Source: an uncultured bacterium (GTDB lineage: Bacteria > Acidobacteriota > Thermoanaerobaculia > Multivoradales > JAHZIX01). Taken from it: 64,000 nt of DNA. Numbering within the stretch: the stretch's first letter is position 1; each line of letters begins with the position of its first letter. The DNA is taken from positions 83,540 through 147,539 of the forward strand of contig CBDUPA010000012.1 of assembly GCA_965368975.1 (NCBI GenBank). The letters are read 5' to 3'. The position numbers were made by a program, and so were the translations under genes. Shown here in pieces: positions 55,968 to 64,000 of this stretch. The notes beneath the pieces were generated by a model. It searched no databases and had not been told where the DNA came from. It saw nothing but the letters and a program-made list of their open reading frames with translations.

Positions 55968-58900
55968 TCAGTCTCCTCTGCTAGCGCCTCTGCTAGTACC
56001 TCGGCCAGCGGCGAGACGTCGACCGTCCCGTCGGGCTCGAGCGCCAGGTCTTCCAGGTAGAAAAGTCTCCAGTCCGCCGCCGGCTCGCCGACGGCCCAGG
56101 CGCTGTCGGCGTACGAGGTGAGCGCGACGCGCGCGGTGTGCCACACCAGTTCGGCCTCGCTCCACACGGTATCGCGCTGGTTCGGTATGTCGTCACCGAC
56201 CACCGGCTCCACGATGCCCGCGGCGATCATGGCCTCGGCGGCGCCTCGGTAGGCGTCCTCGATCTCGTCGAGCTGTGTCCAGATTGCATCCTCGCCTTCC
56301 GGGCCGTGCTCGGCGAGGCTGCGCAGCTGAGCGATGCCGCTGTAGTCGCCGACGTCCGATGTGGTGACGAAGACGATGTCGTCGATCGCGCGCAGCCACT
56401 GGAAGAGACGCAGGAAGCCACGCCACGCCCGGTGCATCTGCGGCAGTTCGCGCCGATCTTCGCGGTCGTCGAGTTCGCGGTCGTCGAGGCGGGCGAGCAC
56501 GGTCACTCGCTGACCATCGTGGGCGGCCATCCACTCGATCTGCCGCGGCTCGCCCCAGGTGCCGCTGGCGAGGGCGCGGGGCCTCGTCGCGGCGAGCTGG
56601 TCGCGTAGGGCTTCCGGTGCCGCTTGCCGCGCGAACTCGGTCCAGGCGCGTTGCTGACTCGGCAGCGTGGCTTCGAGTCGAGGTACCAGCGCCGCCGCCG
56701 CCAGGTCGCGCCACGGCAAGCCGTTGGCATCTTGGAGGTCCTGCAAGAGCCAGCGGAAGGTCGACTGTTGCGGCAGGTCGGTGAACTGGGTGAGGCCCAG
56801 CTGCTGGAGAGCCTTCTTGAAGTCACCCAGGTCGAGCGCCGCCAGTTCGGGCGCGGGCTCGACCTCGGTGGATCTCGTCAGCTCGGCTTCCAGATCGTCC
56901 CAGGTGAAGGTCCACACGTCCCAGCCCGCGGCCAGCAGTGCCTGGCGCTGGCGCAGGTCCTGCCCCAAGCGATCTTGGTGGAACTGCCAGCCGTCGAGGA
57001 AGATGGCCAGACGACGATCGGTGGCGGCGCTGGCCGGTCGCAGCACGAAGTCGATCGAGACGCCGATGCCGCCGGTCTCGGCCCTCGGCGGTTCGACCTG
57101 CGGCTCGATACGCCATTGGGCGTCGCCCAGCGTCCACAGCCAAGCATCTTTGATGCCGATCGGGATCCGCTTCAGCTGGGCTGGGTGCTGTTCGTTGCCG
57201 GCGCGTAGTAGGGCTTCGAGGAAGCGGGCTTCGAGGGCACTGTCGAGCAGGCCGGAGTGGCTGATGTCGCCCAGGCGTTCGATTTCCTGCACGCTGTCGG
57301 CGCGCGCCAGGATGCGGCGCAGGATCTCGGAGGCCGTGCGCGCCGAGGTGTCGCGCATCTCGCGACTGTTGCGGTAGCCGAAGAGGCAGCGATAGCAGCC
57401 TTCCACCAGCTTGCCGGCTCGGTTCGTGGTGCCCCAGCAGGCGCAGCCCTCGATCCGTTGCAGGCTCGCCTCGAGAGCTCGGAACAGGGGTATCGTGGCA
57501 TCGGCATCGGGCGTGACCAGCTGTTTCAGAAAGCCGGTGCCGCCGGGCACGGAGTCGAAGAGCACCAGGTACTGGCGGCGCAGCGTGCTGTCGGGAGTCG
57601 GTTCGGAGTAGACGGTGGTGCGCAGGTGGTCGACGCTGCCGGCGAAGTAGCTCTCCAGCCCCAGCTGCAGGGCGGCGGTGAACGAGTTGAGCTGGCGCGT
57701 GCCGGCGAAGTCGGTGATCGGCAGCAGCAGGCGCAGGGCCTCGGACTCGAGCTGGCGGTAGAGATAGACGCAGGACTCGATCTGCTCGTCCGTGTCCTTG
57801 CGTCGCGACGGGCAGGACAGCAGGTGGTCGGTCTTCTCACCCTTGCGCGTCGCCTGCACCTTGCCGCAGCGTGCGCACAGCTCGAAACCCTGGCGCACCA
57901 TGGCTCGGCCGGCGATGGTGTTGCGCGCGCCCAGGTCGGAGGGTTCGCCGAAGTTGATGTCGCGAAAGGTCACCCGTGCGCAGTACTCGAAGCCGAAGGG
58001 GTGACGGTCGTCGTCCAGCCGCCAGGCGCGCGAGGAACTGCGAGTGTCGAAGGTGGGCAGGATGTCGCGCTCGAAGAAGCGCGGCTGGCGTTCGTCGCGA
58101 TCGTCGCGAATCCGGGAGTTGCGGTCGGATTCTCTGGCGAATACTTGCTCCAGCTTCAGCAGGCGCTGGGTCTGGCCGCTGTCGCGCCAGTCGGCGGCGC
58201 CGCAAACCGGGCAGGCCGTGTGCGCATCGCCGGTGTCGATCGACTCGGCGTGGCTGCACTCGGGGCAGAAGCGCCAGGTCTCGAGCTTGGAGGACGAGAG
58301 ATCGACGGCGTCGATGCCCACGCGTCGTCCCGAAGCGTAGAACTCGGCGCCAGGCGCCAGCTCGGCCAGGGCGCTCGACGGCGAGCGCTTGTACTCGTAG
58401 GTCCAGGTTTCGTAAGGACTCCCCTGGGCTGGAGGGTGCTTCTTGCGCCGCCAGATCACCGAGCGCAGTCGCACCGCCGACTCCGGGAAGGCGTAGTTGG
58501 GCAGCAGGCCCTGGTCGGTGAGGAATTCGAGCGTCGAGCGCTGGTTGATCGCCTTGATCAGGCCGATCAGGGCCTCTTTCTCGGCTTCGCGCTCGTCGAT
58601 CTGCTCCTGGTGGTCCTTGTCGCGGGCCTCGGTGGCGCGTAGCACTTTGAGTTGCTTGCGCAGGGTCTCTACGTTGGCGCGGTGTGCTTCGCGCTGCTTG
58701 CGTTCCTTGTGCAGGGTGTCGAGCAGGCGGCTTTCGAGGGTCGCCTCGATGTGGTGCAGGGCATCTCGAGCTTGCGCCTTCTCGGGCTGCTCGCTGTCGA
58801 GTTCAGCTTTGGCCTCCGCGCCGAGCAGGAAGCGCTCCAGGTGGGCGGCGGTGGGCGGTCCGATCTCGTCCTCGAACATCTCGAGGAATTCTCGCAGCAG

Positions 58901-61900
58901 GCGCGGACGCTCCTGCTTCACGAAGGCGAGCAGGTTGCTCGGGAACCGCTCGACGTCCGGCTGGTTGCCTTGGTTGAGCACGCTGCGCAGCTGCGGCGGT
59001 AACTCGGCACGGTCACCCTCGACGCCGACCCAGCGATCGATGCAGAAGGCGGTGAGCTGGCGTTCGAGCACGGCTCCGGTGTCGAGAAAGACACCGGGCG
59101 GCGGCACGTCACCGGCGATCATCTCGTGCGGCTGGGCGAAGAAGTAGAGGTCGTGCGGCTTCGCCGCGGCGACGGTGAGCACGAAGGCGTTGCCATCGCG
59201 CCGGCCGGCGCGGCCGATGCGCTGCAGGTAGCTGGCCTGGCCGGGTGGTACCGAGCACAGGATGGCGCTCGACAGGTCGCCGATGTCGATGCCCATCTCC
59301 AGCGTCGGCGTGCAAGAGAGCAGGTTCGGGTACCACGGCCGCCGCGCCTCGGGATCGTCCAGCTCCGGCGACGGTTCGAATGCTTTGAACTCGATCTCGA
59401 TGCGCTCGCGCTCGGCGCGCTCCAGCAGGCCGGTATGCTCCTGGGCAAAGATGCGCTGCAGGTGACCGCTGCGGTAGAGATGGCCGAAGTAGTCGTGTGC
59501 CGGCGCGGCGTCCGGACGGTAGACGCCGGCACAGCCCGTGCGCAGGCAGGGTACGCCGTGCCAGCGTTCGGCCAGCGCGCGGCTGGCGTGGGTGCGGTGA
59601 CCGCAGACGTGGCAAGCCAAGGCTGCACTGTGCGGGCTGATGACCAGCGCTTCTTCGCGCAGACCCCAGATCTGCTCACCCTTGGATGCACTGCGCTCGT
59701 CGAGCAGGCCGACTCGCACCAGCGCGCTCAGCACCACCGGGTACAGCGAGCCGGCGTCGGCGACCAGGCCGGGGCCACCCAGGAAGCAGGCATCGGCCCA
59801 GCGTGCATACCAGGATTCCCCGCCCCGTCCGGTGCGGCTCCAGGTGTCGAAGCGACGGCCGGTGCGGTCGGTCAGGAAGCTGGGCAGGCGCGAGCTGCTC
59901 TTGTAGCCGGGCAACGCCGGTTGCCGGGAGAAGGCATGGACATCCTTGCCGCAGCTCTCGATATAGGCGCCCGGCAGGCTGCGTGCCAGGATGCCGCCGC
60001 GCAGGCGCAGGTGTTGTAGCAGTCCGAGCACGAACGCCTCGACGCGCCGCGCTTCGACCTGGCGCAGGCCGGGCACCTCGTTGCGCACCACCTCCACCAA
60101 GGCCGCCACCGCGGTCTCTACATCGCCCGGCCGCAGGTCGGCGACGGCGCAGCCGGTGCGGGTCAGTGAGCGGCCGATCTCCGCCTGCAGCGAGAACTCG
60201 GTCAGCACCTCGAAGGCCAGGCGCTGGTCGATGAGGTCCGGCAGGTCGGAGGCGCGCGGTAGCTCGCCGTCGCGACGCAAGGCGTCCCAATCGTGCAGCC
60301 AGGCCATGTTGGGCGCCAGGAAGGTGGCGACGAAGGTCGCCTCGTCGTGCGCCTGCCGAGCCCACGGGCCGAGCCCGTCGGCCAGCTCGCGCAGCGTGGT
60401 TTCGCCCAGGGGCTCGAGCGCTTGCAGCATCGCGATGCGCAGGTTGGTACGCCAGGTGCGAGCGGCAAAGAAGCCGGCCCGGTGCGCCGCGTCTTGCACG
60501 CTGTCGGAGAAGGTGAGCAGCTTCTTGTCGTCGTTGAAGCGCGAGGCGAAGAGCTGGTCGATGTGCACGCTGGTCAGCGTGGCGGCGCGGAAGCCGACGA
60601 TGGCCAGGCTCTCGCGTGCGCGGCAGAAGGGGCAGTCGCGCACCAGGGCTTGCCGGCTGGCGGTGGACTGAGCTTCGAAGATTTCGATCACCCGCAGCGT
60701 CTCGTCGGCGTGCTCCGCGTCGACCTTGATCAGGTTCTTCACGTCGAGCTCGAAGGCGCTGTGCTGGAGCCGGTCGTCGGCGGGCCAGGCGTTGGCGGGG
60801 AACAGGAAGCGTACGCGGCTGCTGCGCCCGAAGTAGGCGTCGTAGAAGCGCCGCGGCAGGCAGCGATAGAGGTACGGCCGATCGCGTTCCACCACAGTGC
60901 CCCAGCCCAGGGCGCCGCATTCGCGGCAGTGGATCATCGGCAGGTGGCGGTCTTGCTCCTCCTCGTCGAGGTCGTCGGAGTGCCGCAGGTGCGGCTGCGG
61001 TCCAACGTTGGCGACCAGGCGTCGCAGCTCGCGTTGCCACAGCTGCACGCGCACCTCCAGCAGCGGCGCCGCCGGTCTCGGTCGCCCCTCGGCGCGCCGC
61101 CGCTCGGCCACTTCGGGCAACTCGTGACGCCAGGCGCGAGCCTCGGAGACCAGGCCCAGCAGGCTGAGCACGGCGAGGCGGGCGAACTGGGCGTCCCGGT
61201 GCCAAGCGTCGCGCCTGCGCCGCATCTCGTGCACGGCGTCGTCCAGCGTCGTGGCCTGGCCATCGAGGGCGCGCAGCAGGTCGTGGAAGGCGGCATGGTG
61301 GCGCAACTGCCGCCCCAACTCGACGCTGCGCTCGAACGATTCAGGCCCAGTGAGTTCGCCCTCACCGTCGGCGCCGATCGTCGCCGCTACGTCTGCCGGG
61401 AACCACAGGGCGAGCTGCGCCGCCAGCCAGGCGTGCGGGTCCGGGGCCTGCGCCGCGTCGAGTCGCTCCAGGTCTTCAGCGTCCGGTTCCTCGGTGTAGC
61501 GGATCTCGCAGCCGTGCAAGAACTGCTCCACACTCTGCCGCGTCTCGCCGATGATGGCGTCGGCGTCGAAGGGTTCGCCGAAGACCTTACGCGCATAGTC
61601 CCGCAGCTGTTCTCGCGCCGCCTCGCCGCCCAGCGTGGCGCTGGTGCCGATGCAGGCCAGCGAGCCGTCGTCCACGTCGAGACGCCGCTTGAGGCGTCGC
61701 AGCAGGCAGGCCAGGTCGGTGCCCTGGGCGCCGTCGAAGGTGTGGATCTCGTCGACCACCAGGAAGCGCAGCGTGCCCTTCACGTTGTGCTGCCAGATGC
61801 GCTGATCGCGTGGACGCAGCAGCAGGTAGTCGAGCATCTTGTAGTTGGTGAGCAGGATGTCCGGCGGCGCTTCTTGCAGGGTGGCGCGATCGGTGATCAC

Positions 61901-62461
61901 GTGGTCCGCCCCCATGCGCGTCTCGCCGTGTGCCGACCCACGACGCTTGCCCTTGCCACCGCTACCCCCGTCCCCCACGTAGAGCCCCGCCGTCACGCGG
62001 CCGCGCAGCTTGTGGTTGTCATAGATCCGCCGCGCGATGCGCGCCGCCTGGTCGCTGGCCAGCGCGTTCATGGGGTAGATCAAGATCGCCTTGACGCCCG
62101 GCTCGTGCGCCGTCTGCAGGCAGTGGTCGAGAATCGGAAGCAGGAAGCTCTCGGTCTTGCCGGAGCCGGTGCCGGTGGCCAGCAGGGTGCTCTGCTTGCG
62201 TCGACCGCCGAGGCGGGCGAACACTTGTTCCTGGTGGTGATGGGGAGGAAACCCGAGCGGTACGTCGGGGAAGACGTCTGGGGTCTCGCCGCTCAGGAAG
62301 GGCATCTTGACGGAGAGGTAGGGCCCCTTGAACAGCATGCCGTCGTCCGCGAGCAGGTGTTCGACGACGTTCTCCATGCCCGGCGTGGAGGACCAGAAGG
62401 AGAAGCGCAGGAAGTCTTGCAAGCCCTGTTCGAGCTGGCGGTGGATGGCGGAGGGGATCAA
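55964..62461 (-). CDS. Druantia DruE-like giant helicase: SF2 DEAD/DEAH helicase + DUF1998-type zinc module + C-terminal DUF559/Vsr-like endonuclease-fold domain
   Basis: Walker A ATGTGSGKTES; DEIH box FLVVDEIHTF; motif VI QRIGRAGRR; CPECSH...CPVCG and CARCG...C zinc pairs; C-terminal IDFVL...IFLDGWQFH...GWDVWTFTWDDL; 2165 aa; TTG start overlapping the upstream stop. Confidence 0.7.
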   Translation of the reverse strand: MIPSAIHRQLEQGLQDFLRFSFWSSTPGMENVVEHLLADDGMLFKGPYLSVKMPFLSGETPDVFPDVPLGFPPHHHQEQVFARLGGRRKQSTLLATGTGSGKTESFLLPILDHCLQTAHEPGVKAILIYPMNALASDQAARIARRIYDNHKLRGRVTAGLYVGDGGSGGKGKRRGSAHGETRMGADHVITDRATLQEAPPDILLTNYKMLDYLLLRPRDQRIWQHNVKGTLRFLVVDEIHTFDGAQGTDLACLLRRLKRRLDVDDGSLACIGTSATLGGEAAREQLRDYARKVFGEPFDADAIIGETRQSVEQFLHGCEIRYTEEPDAEDLERLDAAQAPDPHAWLAAQLALWFPADVAATIGADGEGELTGPESFERSVELGRQLRHHAAFHDLLRALDGQATTLDDAVHEMRRRRDAWHRDAQFARLAVLSLLGLVSEARAWRHELPEVAERRRAEGRPRPAAPLLEVRVQLWQRELRRLVANVGPQPHLRHSDDLDEEEQDRHLPMIHCRECGALGWGTVVERDRPYLYRCLPRRFYDAYFGRSSRVRFLFPANAWPADDRLQHSAFELDVKNLIKVDAEHADETLRVIEIFEAQSTASRQALVRDCPFCRARESLAIVGFRAATLTSVHIDQLFASRFNDDKKLLTFSDSVQDAAHRAGFFAARTWRTNLRIAMLQALEPLGETTLRELADGLGPWARQAHDEATFVATFLAPNMAWLHDWDALRRDGELPRASDLPDLIDQRLAFEVLTEFSLQAEIGRSLTRTGCAVADLRPGDVETAVAALVEVVRNEVPGLRQVEARRVEAFVLGLLQHLRLRGGILARSLPGAYIESCGKDVHAFSRQPALPGYKSSSRLPSFLTDRTGRRFDTWSRTGRGGESWYARWADACFLGGPGLVADAGSLYPVVLSALVRVGLLDERSASKGEQIWGLREEALVISPHSAALACHVCGHRTHASRALAERWHGVPCLRTGCAGVYRPDAAPAHDYFGHLYRSGHLQRIFAQEHTGLLERAERERIEIEFKAFEPSPELDDPEARRPWYPNLLSCTPTLEMGIDIGDLSSAILCSVPPGQASYLQRIGRAGRRDGNAFVLTVAAAKPHDLYFFAQPHEMIAGDVPPPGVFLDTGAVLERQLTAFCIDRWVGVEGDRAELPPQLRSVLNQGNQPDVERFPSNLLAFVKQERPRLLREFLEMFEDEIGPPTAAHLERFLLGAEAKAELDSEQPEKAQARDALHHIEATLESRLLDTLHKERKQREAHRANVETLRKQLKVLRATEARDKDHQEQIDEREAEKEALIGLIKAINQRSTLEFLTDQGLLPNYAFPESAVRLRSVIWRRKKHPPAQGSPYETWTYEYKRSPSSALAELAPGAEFYASGRRVGIDAVDLSSSKLETWRFCPECSHAESIDTGDAHTACPVCGAADWRDSGQTQRLLKLEQVFARESDRNSRIRDDRDERQPRFFERDILPTFDTRSSSRAWRLDDDRHPFGFEYCARVTFRDINFGEPSDLGARNTIAGRAMVRQGFELCARCGKVQATRKGEKTDHLLSCPSRRKDTDEQIESCVYLYRQLESEALRLLLPITDFAGTRQLNSFTAALQLGLESYFAGSVDHLRTTVYSEPTPDSTLRRQYLVLFDSVPGGTGFLKQLVTPDADATIPLFRALEASLQRIEGCACWGTTNRAGKLVEGCYRCLFGYRNSREMRDTSARTASEILRRILARADSVQEIERLGDISHSGLLDSALEARFLEALLRAGNEQHPAQLKRIPIGIKDAWLWTLGDAQWRIEPQVEPPRAETGGIGVSIDFVLRPASAATDRRLAIFLDGWQFHQDRLGQDLRQRQALLAAGWDVWTFTWDDLEAELTRSTEVEPAPELAALDLGDFKKALQQLGLTQFTDLPQQSTFRWLLQDLQDANGLPWRDLAAAALVPRLEATLPSQQRAWTEFARQAAPEALRDQLAATRPRALASGTWGEPRQIEWMAAHDGQRVTVLARLDDRELDDREDRRELPQMHRAWRGFLRLFQWLRAIDDIVFVTTSDVGDYSGIAQLRSLAEHGPEGEDAIWTQLDEIEDAYRGAAEAMIAAGIVEPVVGDDIPNQRDTVWSEAELVWHTARVALTSYADSAWAVGEPAADWRLFYLEDLALEPDGTVDVSPLAEVLAEALAEETE

Positions 62462-64000
62462 GCGCGGTCCTTCCCGTCAGCGAGCGGACGGCCTTGTTCG
62501 GCGAATCTTTTGGTGAAATGTTCCCAGGCGACCGCGTAGTCCTTCTCGCGGTCGCAGCGCACCCACGGCGCCTGGTACACGATCGTCTTCTCGCGCGGGC
62601 CGCCGGGCAGAGTGTCGTCCATCACGACCTGGGTCACGGTCTCGTTGCCGGTGTAGCCGGCTTCTTCGGACATGTGTTGGACGTCGTTCCAGCAGGGGTT
62701 CGGATCTTTCTTGCTGGTGGTGCGGTTCAGGCCGACACCCACCAGGCCGCGCGAGTTGGTGAAGACGATGCGGCCGTTGCGGTCGTACCAGGTGTCGGCT
62801 TCGTAGGAGCGCAGGACGGGGAATTGGACGCGGTAGATGGTCTGGAGTTGTTCGAGGGTGAGGCCGAGGGCCATGGAGATCAGGACGTCGATTTCTACCA
62901 GCACGGCGCGGCGGGCGGCGTCGGGGCGGATGGCGGAGTCGCGGGTCCAAGACTGGTCGCTCGATGCGAAGGGCTGTTCCAGGAATTGAGAGAGGAAAGG
63001 TGTCGCTTCTGTACTCCACTCCCGCCTGGATCGGCGATTCCAGAGATCTGCGAAGTGGGTGGTGAGGCAAACGAGGCTACAGACTCGGGCGACGAGAGCT
63101 TCCTGGATCTTGGACTCGGGGATGATCGGTAGGCGCCGCGCCAGGTTTGGTCGGAAGTCTCCAGAGCCGCTCGATTTGATCAGGAAGTCAATCGGTAAAG
63201 ACATCCACGTCCCAGCTACAGCTACAGCCTGAGTCTCATTCGAAAAACAATAACTGTAGACACCGTCGATGTGCGCTGTGCCTGGTGGTGAGATGGCCGG
63301 TTGCAGTGTGCGCTCACTTGTCGGGCCCAGACCTCTGTTCACCACGAGTCGAAAGTAGTCCAGTACCGCGTTCGGGGCATCATCCGAGGCCCAAGGGACT
63401 TTGGGCGATCGCGTCCGATAGTCTGAGGGCTCGGCATTGGGCAGATAGATCGAGCGCGGCAGATAGTCTTCTGGTAGCTCCGTCAGGTCCAGTACGTCAT
63501 AGCAGCTGTTGTTCGTGACCTCTGCGCGCGGAGTCTTGTAGAACGGATTACCGACGTGGAAGTGCGGTCCGGAAATAATCCATTCGTGTACATCTTGCGG
63601 GAACCTCACCTCCTTTCGGATGGTTCCATCCCGCTGAGACCGGGACTCGTGCCACATTTCTGCCGACTTGTAGCAGTCTGCCGGCAGATCGCCCAGTTTC
63701 AATGGACTGACAGCGAACGCTTCGAGCGCCTGAAGCAAGGTCGCAGAATGGAGCGCCGGAAGCTTGGCCTCCGTTGCCGGAGTGTCCGGTTCGTCATAGA
63801 GACGAGCAAAGAGTTCCAGCTCCGTCTCCGTGATGCGCAGAATCCGATCACGATGACCGCGCGTCTCCCAGCTGTTCTCGTCGTCCTTGATCCCGGGCAC
63901 CGGGCCGTAGCCATCGTGGGCATGACACTCGTCGATGGTTGCGGGGACGAAGAGATTTGCCAGGTGCGTGAAGTCCGGAGTGCTTCTTTGGGCTCCATAG
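62458..64000 (-). CDS. large hypothetical protein, 5'-truncated by the window edge (frame stays open to position 64000); possible DruH-like partner
   Basis: ORF-track 480-aa ORF begins at an internal GTG; upstream codons (...FVPATIDECHAHDGYGPV) continue without a stop to the window end; 4-nt overlap with the DruE-like gene. Confidence 0.5.
   Translation of the reverse strand, partial: YGAQRSTPDFTHLANLFVPATIDECHAHDGYGPVPGIKDDENSWETRGHRDRILRITETELELFARLYDEPDTPATEAKLPALHSATLLQALEAFAVSPLKLGDLPADCYKSAEMWHESRSQRDGTIRKEVRFPQDVHEWIISGPHFHVGNPFYKTPRAEVTNNSCYDVLDLTELPEDYLPRSIYLPNAEPSDYRTRSPKVPWASDDAPNAVLDYFRLVVNRGLGPTSERTLQPAISPPGTAHIDGVYSYCFSNETQAVAVAGTWMSLPIDFLIKSSGSGDFRPNLARRLPIIPESKIQEALVARVCSLVCLTTHFADLWNRRSRREWSTEATPFLSQFLEQPFASSDQSWTRDSAIRPDAARRAVLVEIDVLISMALGLTLEQLQTIYRVQFPVLRSYEADTWYDRNGRIVFTNSRGLVGVGLNRTTSKKDPNPCWNDVQHMSEEAGYTGNETVTQVVMDDTLPGGPREKTIVYQAPWVRCDREKDYAVAWEHFTKRFAEQGRPLADGKDRA

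Noticed and set aside
1-64000. tRNA, rRNA or other structured RNA genes
   Set aside because: No cloverleaf-compatible or rRNA-like segments recognised by eye. Only protein-coding density and the hairpins listed were seen; an Infernal/tRNAscan run would be needed to be sure.

Overview
A high-GC (~70%) bacterial chromosomal segment in which ordinary housekeeping genes alternate with at least three accessory or defence-like modules. Housekeeping content includes a UbiB/ABC1 kinase, an ACP plus acyltransferase lipid module, recN, tsaC, coaD, dusA, folK, a lolA-like gene, the tgt-yajC-secD-secF operon and a SirB1-like gene. Module 1 (about 5.8-9.3 kb) is a LuxR-type regulator divergent from a TIR-STAND(NB-ARC-like)-TPR protein. 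Module 2 (about 33.3-52.3 kb) is a single-strand gene array. It starts with a sigma70-like promoter, a 40-aa Cys/Ser/Thr-rich peptide with a lanthipeptide-type LNLEL leader motif and a split LanB dehydratase (separate elimination and glutamylation proteins). Next comes a 907-aa vWA membrane protein, then a 1290-aa tubulin/FtsZ-like GTPase (GGTGSG signature) with a long coiled-coil tail, then a 1351-aa protein with two TM helices, then a 1315-aa polytopic membrane protein fused to an SF2-like ATPase. No LanC or YcaO is present in the window. Module 3 (about 53.8-64.0 kb, minus strand) is a Druantia-like trio. It comprises a 5'-truncated large ORF, a 2165-aa DruE-like helicase with a DUF1998 zinc module and a C-terminal REase-like domain, and a UvrD-like helicase carrying an N-terminal RelE/ParE-like fold. 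A roughly 1.5 kb lower-GC islet with two small membrane proteins abuts module 3. Other notable points are a family of about 150-bp GC-rich palindromic repeat elements (three copies, one remodelling the dusA 3' end), an AT-rich 1-kb intergenic region with a repeat-containing 32-aa ORF, and a folK gene with no canonical in-frame start codon. No rRNA, tRNA or CRISPR array was detected by eye.
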